Positions 29,700 through 39,297 of a stretch of 64,000 nt of DNA are shown here, one piece after another (the stretch's first letter is position 1; each line of letters begins with the position of its first letter). Source of the stretch: Yeguia hominis (GTDB taxonomy: Bacteria > Bacillota > Clostridia > Oscillospirales > Acutalibacteraceae); the NCBI RefSeq assembly GCF_014384705.1, contig NZ_JACRSN010000003.1:125113-189112 (forward strand), written 5' to 3'. Position numbers and translations under genes: made by a program. The notes beneath the pieces are model-generated. The model ran no database searches and had not been told where the DNA came from. It worked only from the letters and a program-made list of their open reading frames with translations.

Positions 29700-29985
29700 T
29701 TACAAGTATACGCCAACACCTGCAAAAATGCAAGAGAAAAAATTTGGAAAACCACAAATTTTTGGCTTGGATTTTCTCTAATATTTTGAAAATTGGATAA
29801 AAAGAGAAAGACGTCGAAAACAATCTAAAAATAGCGATTTTCGAAGAAAATAGATGCTAAACTCAAAAATTGAACAAATTTTATAATTTTGGCAGCTTGA
29901 ACACATTTGAGGTTCACGTGAACCTGTGATACAATCTAATCAACATCAAAAAAGTTTTAACGAACTTTTTTGGGAGGTGATTCCA

Positions 29986-30546
29986 TTGTGCGAAAACTGG
30001 ATTCCCGGGACGCAGCTTCCTGCAGCGGACGGAACGGAAACATTTTCTCTGTTCCGGCAGATGATTGAAGCGGCGGGCGGACTTTCGCTTTCCCAGGTCT
30101 GCGCGCTTACCGGGCTGGAAGGATCCACCATTCAAAATTGGGTCAAGCGCGACTGGGTTTCGAAGCCAGTCGGGAAAAAATACGGCGAGCGGCAGGTTGC
30201 ACGGATTCTCATTATTAACGCGCTGCGCGACAGCTTACAACTGGAACAGATTGCAGGACTTTTGCAATATGTCAACGGTTCTGCAGCGGATCAGAGCGAT
30301 GATATCGTCGCGGAAGGAAGGCTGTTTAACTATTTTTCCAGCTGTATTGCTGCGCTGCAGGTCAAAGACGGGGTATCCCGCGAAAAGGTTTTGGAAACCG
30401 TCAGGCGGGTGCTAAGCGATTACACGGGGCCGCACCCACAGGCAAAGGAGCGGCTTGCAAACGCACTTTGCGTGATGGTTGAGGCGTATCTTGCGGCATC
30501 CATCCGCCGCGAAGCGGAATGGATGCTGCGGGAGTTGATCGGATGA
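29986..30546 (+). CDS. DUF1836-like protein
   Basis: TTG start 6 nt after GGGAGGTGA. Conserved stretch LSQVCALTGLEGSTIQNWVKRDWVSKP. First gene of an operon with nfeD and a flotillin gene. Confidence 0.55.
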   Translation: MCENWIPGTQLPAADGTETFSLFRQMIEAAGGLSLSQVCALTGLEGSTIQNWVKRDWVSKPVGKKYGERQVARILIINALRDSLQLEQIAGLLQYVNGSAADQSDDIVAEGRLFNYFSSCIAALQVKDGVSREKVLETVRRVLSDYTGPHPQAKERLANALCVMVEAYLAASIRREAEWMLRELIG

Positions 30547-30562
30547 GGAGGGAAAACGAGGA

Positions 30563-31276
30563 ATGTTTGTCAACTGGTGGAACAGTTTAACAGGATTGCA
30601 ACAGTTTTTGGCTTGCGGCGCGCTGCCTGCAACGGCGCTTCTGCTATTGCAGACCATTTTGCTGCTGTTCGGTCTCGGCGGTGGACACGATGCGGACCAG
30701 GGCGAGGTGGCGGGTCATTCCCTGGAGCTTGGAGACGGAACCGCGGACACGGAGGCATCCGACCTGGACGCGCCGGATCCCCAAACACCGGATTCGGAAT
30801 TTATTCCGTCGGATGAGCCGGAAATGCCGCATCATGACGGCGCACATCACGCAGACGGCGTCCGGATCTTTACGGTGCGCGGGATCATTGCCTTTGTCGC
30901 TGTCGGCGGTTGGGCGGGCATTGCGATGGTGGACTTAGGGCTTCCCAATGTCTGGGCATCGGTGATTGCGGTTTTCAGCGGTACGCTGGCGCTGCTTCTT
31001 GTGGCATGGATTCTCAAATGGTCGCTTTCCCTGCAGGAAAATGGGACGCTGGATCCAAAAAACGCGATTGCACATGTCGGAACGGTCTACCTGACCGTTC
31101 CGCCCAAACGCACCGGAACCGGAAAAGTCAATCTGACGTTCCAGGAACGCTTTGTAGAGATGGATGCCGTTACAGACTGCGGCCATCCGCTCAAGCCGGA
31201 TACACAGATTCAGGTTGTCGGCATATCCGGCGAGACGACGCTGATCGTCCGTCCGCTGAACAGCCGTTCTGAATAA
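30563..31276 (+). CDS. NfeD family membrane protein
   Basis: N-terminal transmembrane segments, an acidic linker and a C-terminal OB-fold-like region. Immediately upstream of a flotillin gene, as in the yuaF-yuaG and yqeZ-yqfA pairs. Confidence 0.7.
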   Translation: MFVNWWNSLTGLQQFLACGALPATALLLLQTILLLFGLGGGHDADQGEVAGHSLELGDGTADTEASDLDAPDPQTPDSEFIPSDEPEMPHHDGAHHADGVRIFTVRGIIAFVAVGGWAGIAMVDLGLPNVWASVIAVFSGTLALLLVAWILKWSLSLQENGTLDPKNAIAHVGTVYLTVPPKRTGTGKVNLTFQERFVEMDAVTDCGHPLKPDTQIQVVGISGETTLIVRPLNSRSE

Positions 31277-31304
31277 AAAACAAAAAAGAGGAGGAAATGA
31301 AGTT

Positions 31305-32696
31305 ATGCCCAATATCCCGGTAAGCGCAATCATTACCATTGTGGTTATTGTCGTTCTGTTGTTTACGATGCTGCTGGTCGTTTTGACCCGGTATCGCCGT
31401 TGCCCGTCCGACAAGGTGCTGGTAATTTACGGTAAGGTCGGAACCAACAAGGACGGAAGCGCCCGAAGCGCAAAGTGCATCCATGGCGGCGCGGCCTTTA
31501 TCTGGCCGGTCATTCAGTCTTATGAATATCTGGATCTGACGCCGATGTCGATCAATGTCGATCTGACGAACGCCCTTTCCCATCAGAACATCCGTGTCGA
31601 TGTGCCTTCCCGCTTTACGGTAGGCGTTTCGGTGGAACCCGGCGTGATGCAGAACGCTGCAGAACGGCTTTTGGGATTGTCGCTTCTGGAAATTCAGGAG
31701 CTTGCAAAAGATATCATTTTCGGTCAGCTCCGTCTGGTCATCGCCACGATGGATATCGAGGAAATCAATACGGACCGTGACAAGTTCCTCGAGGCGGTTT
31801 CCCACAACGTGGAAACAGAACTCAAGAAAATCGGTTTGCGGCTGATCAACGTCAACGTGACGGATATCACCGACGAGTCCGGCTACATTGAGGCGCTCGG
31901 AAAAGAAGCAGCGGCAAAGGCAATCAACGACGCGAAAAAATCTGTTGCTGAACAGAACCGCGACGGTTCCATCGGGGAAGCCATTGCGGTGAAGGATCAG
32001 CGAATCAGCGTTGCAGAATCGAACGCATCTGCAATTGCCGGTGAAAACGAATCGAAAGCGGCAATTGCGCAGTCAGATGCAACCCGAAGAGAACGCGAAG
32101 CGGAAGCACAGCGCCGCGCAATTGCAGCGGAAAAAATTGCAGCGGCAAAGGCACTCGAAGAGGCCTATGCTGCGGAACAGGCTGCAGAGCGCGCCCGTGC
32201 GGAACGTGAGTTGGCAACGCAGCAGGCAGACATCCTGACCGCTGCGAAAATCGAAAAAGAGCGCAAAGAATTGGAAGCAGAAGCAGAAGCGGAGCAGGCG
32301 CGGCGCAAAGCGCGCGGTGAAGCGGACGCCATTTATGCAAAAATGGAAGCGCAGGCGCGCGGTGTCCAGGAAGTCCTGGCAAAACAGGCCGAAGGATTTG
32401 CGAAAATCGTGGCAGCAGCCGGCGGAAATGCCGACGCTGCAGTACAGCTGCTCCTGGTCGATAAGATCGAGGATCTCGTCCGGATCCAGGTTGACGCGAT
32501 TAAGAATTTGCAGATCGACAAGATTACGGTTTGGGATTCTATGAGCGGAGAGGGCGGTTCTCCGACAACGGCGAATTTCCTTTCCGGGATGATGAAATCG
32601 ATCCCGCCGCTCAACGAAACCTTTAAAATGGCTGGCGTGAAATTGCCGGAATTCCTTGGAACGGAGCTCGAATCGCCGGAGCCCACAGAGGAATAA
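31305..32696 (+). CDS. floT: Flotillin (SPFH/band-7) family protein, FloT-like
   Basis: N-terminal transmembrane anchor, an SPFH domain and a long Ala/Glu-rich coiled-coil (EAEAEQARRKARGEADA). Confidence 0.85.
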   Translation: MPNIPVSAIITIVVIVVLLFTMLLVVLTRYRRCPSDKVLVIYGKVGTNKDGSARSAKCIHGGAAFIWPVIQSYEYLDLTPMSINVDLTNALSHQNIRVDVPSRFTVGVSVEPGVMQNAAERLLGLSLLEIQELAKDIIFGQLRLVIATMDIEEINTDRDKFLEAVSHNVETELKKIGLRLINVNVTDITDESGYIEALGKEAAAKAINDAKKSVAEQNRDGSIGEAIAVKDQRISVAESNASAIAGENESKAAIAQSDATRREREAEAQRRAIAAEKIAAAKALEEAYAAEQAAERARAERELATQQADILTAAKIEKERKELEAEAEAEQARRKARGEADAIYAKMEAQARGVQEVLAKQAEGFAKIVAAAGGNADAAVQLLLVDKIEDLVRIQVDAIKNLQIDKITVWDSMSGEGGSPTTANFLSGMMKSIPPLNETFKMAGVKLPEFLGTELESPEPTEE

Positions 32697-32710
32697 CCAC
32701 GAAAACAGAG

Positions 32711-32768
32711 ATGCCCCTCTCCGGAGTCTGCGTTTGATCGCGCGCTTCGGGGAGGGGCATTCTTTTGA
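32711..32768. terminator. Rho-independent terminator between convergent floT and the AraC gene
   Basis: ATGCCCCTC ... GAGGGGCAT 9-bp stem followed by a TCTTTTG run. Confidence 0.65.
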
Positions 32769-32788
32769 AATCATGGAGACAGCCGCTG

Positions 32789-33616
32789 TTATTTCCCAAG
32801 CTGCGCCTGACGATAGGCGCTGGGGGAACATCCGTAATGGGCGCGAAAAACCTTTGAAAAATAGTTCTGGTCGGGAAATCCGCAGTCTGCGGCGATTTGC
32901 TGGATGTATCCCGAAGAAGTGGCAAGCCGCTCGGCGGCGCGGCGGAGCCGGATTTCCGTCAGGGCGCTGTTGATGGTTGTGCCGTACTGCGTGCGGAAAG
33001 CGTTCATAAGCGTGGATTTGCTGCAGCCAAAATAGGTGCACATCGCCGCGATTGAAAGCTTTTGCGCGTAATGCTGCGCCAGATATTTTCGGGTCAGATG
33101 CGCTAGGTTGTGCTCCGGCGTGGCAAGGCGGTGGGTCAGCGTGAGATATTCGGCGCAGATTGTCATGATCCGGCTGAAGGCACGAATCTGCCCGGCCGGA
33201 AGGATCGGAATCGTGCGCAGCGCAGCCTCAACCCGCTTCGGATCGCCGGTACAGGCGCAGGCCTCCCGGCGGGCGTGCTGCATGCTGTTCTGCGCGGGGT
33301 CGAGAACCTGTCCCATCATCAGATATCCCGCCAAAACGCCGTAGTGATAAAGCGGCGCGGCGGCTTCATACAGACCAAACCGGCATTGGTAGATATAGGC
33401 GCCTTCCTGCACCTGCATACTGGCAAGCGCACGGGCGTCTGCTGCGAGACAGCTTTCCCGTGCGCCGCCCTCTTCCTGCACGAGACGGCAGAATGAAGAT
33501 AGGGCCTGTGGATAGGCGGCGATTTCACGAAAAGCAGGGTCGTGGATAGAGATCCGAAACCCGGAAATTTGATGCAGATCCTTCAGAATGCTGAGAATGT
33601 CCTGACGCGGTTCCAT
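32789..33616 (-). CDS. AraC family transcriptional regulator with a PocR-like sensory domain
   Basis: C-terminal dual HTH (AraC signature YFSKVFRAHYGCSPSAYR). N-terminal PocR-like ligand domain. Divergent from the sugar gene cluster. Confidence 0.8.
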   Translation of the reverse strand: MEPRQDILSILKDLHQISGFRISIHDPAFREIAAYPQALSSFCRLVQEEGGARESCLAADARALASMQVQEGAYIYQCRFGLYEAAAPLYHYGVLAGYLMMGQVLDPAQNSMQHARREACACTGDPKRVEAALRTIPILPAGQIRAFSRIMTICAEYLTLTHRLATPEHNLAHLTRKYLAQHYAQKLSIAAMCTYFGCSKSTLMNAFRTQYGTTINSALTEIRLRRAAERLATSSGYIQQIAADCGFPDQNYFSKVFRAHYGCSPSAYRQAQLGK

Positions 33617-33758
33617 ATGCGTGAACGCTCCTTGTGTTATAAAAATAGAAAAAAATATTTTATTTTTCTAATTATTATACGATTTTTCATGGAAATTGCA
33701 ACCTCCAAATTTTATAATACAATCAGAACCGCGGGAAATGACAAAGGAGTGGGACTGT

Positions 33759-34673
33759 ATGAAAAAGCCGGTGCTTGTCATTATGGCGGCCGGAATGGGA
33801 AGCCGATACGGCGGCCTGAAGCAGCTGGACCCGGTGGATGATGACGGAAACCTGATTATCGATTATTCTCTCTATGACGCAAAACAGGCGGGATTTGAAA
33901 CCGTGATTTTCTTAATTCGGCCTGGGATGAAGGCTGCATTCCACACAGCGATTGGATGCCGAATCGCCCGCGAAATGGAGGTTCTCTATGCATATCAGCA
34001 GATAGAATCGCTTCCCGTGGGGTTTTCTGTGCCGGAAGGGCGGGAAAAGCCTTGGGGAACCGGGCATGCGGTGCTTTCTTGCGCATCGCTGATACACGGC
34101 CCATTCGCTGTAATCAATGCCGATGACTATTACGGGCCGCATGCATTTCGGATGCTGTACCGGTTTTTGAGCAGCAAAGTGGATGCCCGTCATTATGCAA
34201 TGGTCGGCTACAAGTTGCAAAACACCTTGGCCGAAACGGGCAGTGTGGCCCGCGGAATTTGTACTATTGAATCTGACGGATACCTGATGGGAATTACCGA
34301 ACATACTCGGATAGAACGGCGCGGATCGCAAGTTGCATTTACAGAAGATGGTGGAATATCTTGGAAAACTCTGCCGGAGAATGCAGTGACTTCCATGAAT
34401 TTCTGGGGATTTCCGCAGACATTTCTGCATGTGCTTGCCGAGCAGTTTCCGGTGTTTTTGCAGGAACATCTTGCGCAGAATCCGCTTAAATGCGAATATT
34501 TTCTGCCGGCAGCAGTGGATGCACAGATCCGGAAGGGGAAAGCGTCGGTTTTGGTGCTTCCTTCGCAAGACCGCTGGTATGGCGTTACCTATCGGGAAGA
34601 TAAGCCGGTAGTAGAGCGTGCATTCCGGCAAATGAAAGCGGATGGTGTCTATCCACAGGTACTTTGGAGGTGA
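33759..34673 (+). CDS. Sugar-1-phosphate nucleotidyltransferase family protein
   Basis: LVIMAAGMGSRYGG (GxGxR NTP-transferase signature). Start at MKKPV behind AAAGGAG. Adjacent to a NahK-like kinase. Confidence 0.75.
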   Translation: MKKPVLVIMAAGMGSRYGGLKQLDPVDDDGNLIIDYSLYDAKQAGFETVIFLIRPGMKAAFHTAIGCRIAREMEVLYAYQQIESLPVGFSVPEGREKPWGTGHAVLSCASLIHGPFAVINADDYYGPHAFRMLYRFLSSKVDARHYAMVGYKLQNTLAETGSVARGICTIESDGYLMGITEHTRIERRGSQVAFTEDGGISWKTLPENAVTSMNFWGFPQTFLHVLAEQFPVFLQEHLAQNPLKCEYFLPAAVDAQIRKGKASVLVLPSQDRWYGVTYREDKPVVERAFRQMKADGVYPQVLWR

Positions 34674-34675
34674 AA

Positions 34676-35647
34676 GTGGTGTATAGAATCGGAATCGACC
34701 TGGGTGGAACCAATATTGCTGCCGGACTTGTGGAGGTTTGCGGGGAACTTTTCCGTTTTGCTGCCCGGAAAAGCATTCCGACCCGCGCACCACGTGCTCC
34801 GGAAGAGCTTGCAGCAGAGATTGCTCAGATTTCTCGGCAATTGGCGATAGAGGGCGGTGTCTCCTATGAAGAAATTCCCGATATCGGAATCGGGGCGCCG
34901 GGAATGATCTGCGAAGGGGTCATTCTGTATTCCAACAATTTGCAGTTACACCAGGTTCCATTTGCGCAAATGCTGCAAAAGCACGCCGGAAAACCAGTTT
35001 TTCTCGAAAACGATGCAAACACAGCGGCGCTTGGAGAATTTTTTGGCGGCGCCGGAAAAGCATGCCGCTCGATGGAGATGATTACGCTCGGAACAGGAAT
35101 TGGCAGCGGACTCATTTTGAATGGAAAAATCTATACCGGAGAAAACGGTTTTGGCGGTGAGATGGGGCATATGCTTCTCTATCCGGGCGGACGTAGATGC
35201 ACCTGCGGCGCAAAGGGCTGTTTGGAGGCCTACTGTTCAGCGACGGCGCTGGCGGAGGTATCCCGGCAGGCGATGCAGCGCGACCTGAAAAGCGTAATGT
35301 GGGAGATTTGTGGCGGAGATCCGAAACAGGCCAATGGCCGAACCGCCTTTGATGCAATGCGCCGTGGAGATCTTATGGGTCGTCGAGTAGTGTTGCGATT
35401 TCTACAGGATCTGGCAATTGGAATTGCAAATACCATCCGTCTTTTGCAACCGGAATCGATCTGCCTGGGCGGCGGGATTGCGCAGGAGGGGGACTGGTTG
35501 CTGCAGTCTCTCCGGCCTCGGATTGCAAAGTTGATGATCGGGCAGCCGGAACAGACTTTGCCGCAGCTCTGCACCGCAAAGCTCGGCGGAGATGCCGGAA
35601 TTTTAGGCGCTGCATTGCTCGGACAGAAAAAGGGGGAACCAACATGA
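34676..35647 (+). CDS. ROK family sugar kinase (glucokinase / N-acetylglucosamine kinase-like)
   Basis: DLGGTNI, ENDANTAALGE, and the zinc motif GHMLLYPGGRRCTCGAKGCLE. Probable GTG start after GGAGGTG. The ORF-track ATG at 34664 overlaps the upstream stop. Confidence 0.8.
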   Translation: MVYRIGIDLGGTNIAAGLVEVCGELFRFAARKSIPTRAPRAPEELAAEIAQISRQLAIEGGVSYEEIPDIGIGAPGMICEGVILYSNNLQLHQVPFAQMLQKHAGKPVFLENDANTAALGEFFGGAGKACRSMEMITLGTGIGSGLILNGKIYTGENGFGGEMGHMLLYPGGRRCTCGAKGCLEAYCSATALAEVSRQAMQRDLKSVMWEICGGDPKQANGRTAFDAMRRGDLMGRRVVLRFLQDLAIGIANTIRLLQPESICLGGGIAQEGDWLLQSLRPRIAKLMIGQPEQTLPQLCTAKLGGDAGILGAALLGQKKGEPT

Positions 35648-36765
35648 CAAGAGAAGCGTGGTGCCAAAAACGCGAAGAAGCCATAGCAGCGTTTGCATTT
35701 TGCGGCGAGGCGGTTTCCTGCACGCTTTATGGAAGCGGGCACATCAATGATACCTTTTTGCTGCAGGTTCAGGAAAAGGATGGAATCCGTCCCTATATTT
35801 TACAGCGCGTGAATCATTTGATTTATCGGGATCCGGCGGCAGTTCTGGAGAATATCGCCCGTGTCACGGAATTTTTGCAAAAAAAGGTGGCGGCCGCGGG
35901 CGGAGATCCTAGGCGGGAAGTGATGAATTTGATTCCGCTGAAAACCGGCGGGTTTCTGTTCCGGGACAGCATCGGCGCATATTGGCGCGCGTACCAGTTT
36001 GTCTCGGATTCGATTTGTCTTGACCGGGCGGAAACGCCGCAGGATTTTTACGAGAGCGCCGTGGCATTTGGAACCTTTCAGCGCCTGCTTGCAGATTATC
36101 CGGCCGAAACGCTGGAGGAAACCATTGCAGATTTTCACAATACGCCGAAACGGTTTCGGGATTTTTGCCGGGCGGTAAAATCGGATCCGCTCGGACGCGC
36201 CGCACAGGCCGAGCCGGAGATTCGGTTTCTTATGGAACGCGAGGCATTTACGCATGTGCTTCTTGACGCGTACAACAAGGGTATGCTGCCCCTGCGGGTT
36301 GTGCACAACGATACCAAACTGAACAACGTCATGTTCGATCGCCAAACGCGGCGCGCGGTCTGTGTGATTGATCTCGACACGATTATGCCGGGGTTTTCCG
36401 TGACGGATTTCGGGGATTCCATTCGGTTCGGCGCGGCGACAGCAGCGGAAGATGAGCCGGATCTTTCCCTTATGCATTTTGATTTTTCCATGTATCAGTG
36501 CTATACGGAAGGCTTCCTCAAGGGCTGCGGCGGCACGCTGACCAAATCGGAATGCGCGCTGCTGCCGGAGGGTGCGAAGATGATGACGCTTGAGTGCGGG
36601 ATGCGGTTTTTGGCGGACTATCTGGAAGGGGATTCCTATTTCCGGATTGCACGCGAACACCAGAACCTCGACCGCTGCCGGACACAGCTGAAGCTGGTCG
36701 CGGAGATGGAAGCGCAGTGGGATAATATGAAAGCATTTGCGATTGCTTGCGGCGATCGCTGCTGA
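35644..36765 (+). CDS. nahK: N-acetylhexosamine 1-kinase family phosphotransferase (NahK-like, APH fold)
   Basis: VHNDTKLNN catalytic loop, IDLDTIMPG, DFGDSIRFGA and ECGMRFLADYLEGD match remembered NahK (LnpB) motifs. This is unverified recollection. Confidence 0.65.
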   Translation: MTREAWCQKREEAIAAFAFCGEAVSCTLYGSGHINDTFLLQVQEKDGIRPYILQRVNHLIYRDPAAVLENIARVTEFLQKKVAAAGGDPRREVMNLIPLKTGGFLFRDSIGAYWRAYQFVSDSICLDRAETPQDFYESAVAFGTFQRLLADYPAETLEETIADFHNTPKRFRDFCRAVKSDPLGRAAQAEPEIRFLMEREAFTHVLLDAYNKGMLPLRVVHNDTKLNNVMFDRQTRRAVCVIDLDTIMPGFSVTDFGDSIRFGAATAAEDEPDLSLMHFDFSMYQCYTEGFLKGCGGTLTKSECALLPEGAKMMTLECGMRFLADYLEGDSYFRIAREHQNLDRCRTQLKLVAEMEAQWDNMKAFAIACGDRC

Positions 36766-36783
36766 AAAGAGGAGAATCGGGAT

Positions 36784-37566
36784 ATGAATCTTTATTACAC
36801 AGAAAATTACCGGGAAATGAGCCGGAAGGCGGCAAATCTTTTGGCGGCGCAGGTTGCGCGCAAGCCGGATTCTGTATTGGGTCTTGCCACTGGTTCGACG
36901 CCGGTGGGACTTTACGCGGCGCTTCAGGAGGATCATCAAACGCGTGGGCTTTCGTTTGCAGCCTGCCGTACGGTAAACCTCGACGAATACTGCGGCCTTG
37001 CGCCGGAAGATCCGCAAAGCTATGCGTATTTTATGCAGAAAATGCTCTTTTCCGGACTGGATATCGAACCCGGAAATACCCATTTGCCCGACGGGAAAAA
37101 TCCGGATGCACAGGCGGAATGCAGCCGGTATGAGCGCCTGATTGCGTCGCTCGGGGGGATCGATTTGCAGGTGCTGGGTCTTGGACACAACGGCCATATC
37201 GGCTTTAATGAGCCGTCGGATGCATTTCCCGTGGAGACACACCGGGTGAAGCTGACCGCGCGCACAATTGCGGCAAACGCGCGGTTCTTTCCGAAGGCAG
37301 AAGCGATGCCGAAATACGCGTATACCGTGGGTTTGCGCGCAATTTTGCAGGCAAAACGGATTTTACTCCTTGTTTCCGGTACGGAAAAGGCGGAAATCCT
37401 CGAACGCGTGCTCTTTGGACCGGTTACGCCGCAGGTGCCGGGATCCATTTTGCAGCTGGCAAGCCATCTGGATGTCTGTGCAGATGCAGAAGCGCTTTCG
37501 GCGGTACTGCGGAAACACCCGGAGACGGTGCAGGATACGGGCAATCCGGAAAAGACAGACAGATAA
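36784..37566 (+). CDS. nagB: Glucosamine-6-phosphate deaminase
   Basis: NagB motifs (LGLATGSTP, LGLGHNGHIGFNEP). Confidence 0.9.
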   Translation: MNLYYTENYREMSRKAANLLAAQVARKPDSVLGLATGSTPVGLYAALQEDHQTRGLSFAACRTVNLDEYCGLAPEDPQSYAYFMQKMLFSGLDIEPGNTHLPDGKNPDAQAECSRYERLIASLGGIDLQVLGLGHNGHIGFNEPSDAFPVETHRVKLTARTIAANARFFPKAEAMPKYAYTVGLRAILQAKRILLLVSGTEKAEILERVLFGPVTPQVPGSILQLASHLDVCADAEALSAVLRKHPETVQDTGNPEKTDR

Positions 37567-37732
37567 CCTGCGGAGAACGGCCAAATCGAAAAGACGCCGT
37601 ATTTTAAAGTGAATTTGTGTAAGGGGCGGCATCCAACCTCTGCATCTCGAAGCGGACCGGACGGATGGCTGTGTGTCCGCTTCGCCTTACAAATGCGGAT
37701 TCCGGCAAACGCTTTCTAAACAAAATACAACA

Positions 37733-37785
37733 AAAACAGCCGTAGGACGGATGCTCCATTTTCCGTTCTGCGGCTGTTTGTTTCA
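37733..37785 (+). terminator. Rho-independent terminator of the nagB operon
   Basis: ACAGCCG..ACGG / CCGT..CGGCTGT extended stem followed by TTGTTTCAAAAAA. Confidence 0.65.
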
Positions 37786-37917
37786 AAAAATCGTGTGGAA
37801 AAAATTCGCATTTGTCAGAATTTTTCCTGTCTCCATATTACCACAAAATGCGAAAAAAGTCCAGCCTTGTTCTTTTTTTCGTTTTGCAGTAAGAAGAATA
37901 TAGGAGGTGGGATTAAA

Positions 37918-38823
37918 ATGAATTCCAACAACATGACGATGCTGATCAGCGCCTTTGCGCGCGCCTACCACAATGCGCTGCCGGAGCCGCACGTGTTTTG
38001 CGATCCGGTGGCCCGAAAGCTTTTTTCCGACGAAGAATACTGTCAGATCTCCGAAACCATGGCAGGCGGAATCGCCTTTTTCTGTCCGACTTTTTCGGGA
38101 ACCCGTGAAGAAGCGCTGCGGTGGATTGCCGATCACCAGCTTTCGCCTTCCCCCGTCGGACGCGCTGCCTTTGCAGAGCAGGCGCTTGCGTGTGCGGTGC
38201 GGTTTGGCGGTGCAAAGCAGGTTTTGATTCTTGCGGCGGGTTTGGATACCTTCGCATACCGGCAGCCGGAATGGGCAAGCCGGCTTGCCGTTTTGGAAAT
38301 CGATCTTCCGGCGGTCCTCAAAGAAAAACAGGAACGGCTTGCGCGGGGTGAAATTGCGGTTCTGGAAAATGTCTATTTTGTCGGTGCGGATTTTACAGAC
38401 GCTAAATGGACGGACACGCTGCAGAAATGTCCGGGGTTTACCCCCAATACACCGACCTTTTGCAGCATGCTGGGGCTTTCTTATTATCTTTCGGAAGCCG
38501 ATTTGCGCCGGATGCTGCAAGCAATGCAAACGCTGCTGCCCAAAGGCAGTACGGTCGTGTTTGACTATCCTGCGCCGGAGAGCAAAACCGGTTTTGACCA
38601 GCGTCAGCGCGGACTTGCCGCCGCAGCAGGCGCCGCGATAGCCGCCGGATATTCGGAAACGCAGATGGAGCAGCTGCTTGCGGACTGCGGGTTTTTGCTC
38701 TATGAGCACCTGGCGCCGGAATCGATCACGGCGCGCTTTTTTGCGGCGTATCAAAGTGCGCATCCGGAACATCCGGTTGCGGCGCCGGAATCGGTCTGCT
38801 ATGCCCTTGCAGTGCGGCAATAA
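37918..38823 (+). CDS. Class I SAM-dependent methyltransferase (leucine carboxyl / TcmP-like O-methyltransferase family)
   Basis: Family motifs (LILAAGLDTFAYR, VFDYP). Start MNSNNM behind TAGGAGGTGG. Confidence 0.65.
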   Translation: MNSNNMTMLISAFARAYHNALPEPHVFCDPVARKLFSDEEYCQISETMAGGIAFFCPTFSGTREEALRWIADHQLSPSPVGRAAFAEQALACAVRFGGAKQVLILAAGLDTFAYRQPEWASRLAVLEIDLPAVLKEKQERLARGEIAVLENVYFVGADFTDAKWTDTLQKCPGFTPNTPTFCSMLGLSYYLSEADLRRMLQAMQTLLPKGSTVVFDYPAPESKTGFDQRQRGLAAAAGAAIAAGYSETQMEQLLADCGFLLYEHLAPESITARFFAAYQSAHPEHPVAAPESVCYALAVRQ

Positions 38824-38830
38824 ACGGCGG

Positions 38831-39166
38831 TTAACGCTGCAGATGCTGCTGGAGAGACTGTTTGGCGGCTTTTACAAGATCCGTGATGATCTGGATTTGC
38901 TGCGGCGTGCAGGATTTTAAAATTTCTGTGATTTCGTCAAAGGAATAGCCGGAAGGATCCGAATCTCCGCACAGCAGAACATCAGCCGAAACATGCAGAG
39001 CGTCCGCGATTGCAGCAAAAACCGGCAGGCTCAGCTTGGTGTTTGCTGTTTCAATATGGCTCATATGGGTGACAGAAATCCCAACCAGTTCGGCCAGTTG
39101 CTCCTGAGAGATTCCCTGCAGTTTTCTGAATTTTCGTATTTTTTGTCCGATCTGATAGTAGTCCAT
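38831..39166 (-). CDS. XRE-family helix-turn-helix transcriptional regulator
   Basis: N-terminal HTH_3 (IRKFRKLQGISQEQLAELVGISVTHMSHIE). Confidence 0.8.
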   Translation of the reverse strand: MDYYQIGQKIRKFRKLQGISQEQLAELVGISVTHMSHIETANTKLSLPVFAAIADALHVSADVLLCGDSDPSGYSFDEITEILKSCTPQQIQIITDLVKAAKQSLQQHLQR

Positions 39167-39297
39167 GAAAAATACTCCAAAAGTTTTTATTACTTGAATT
39201 GTATAGGCAAAAGTGATATTATAAAATAAACTTAATAGGCTGTTTTATGCCTATGCAATTTAAGTTTGGACATATTTTTACAGAGGAGAGGATCAAA

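Noticed and set aside
35800-37242. 480-aa minus-strand ORF
   Set aside because: Antisense to the NahK-like kinase and nagB. No start context. Composition typical of GC-driven open frames.
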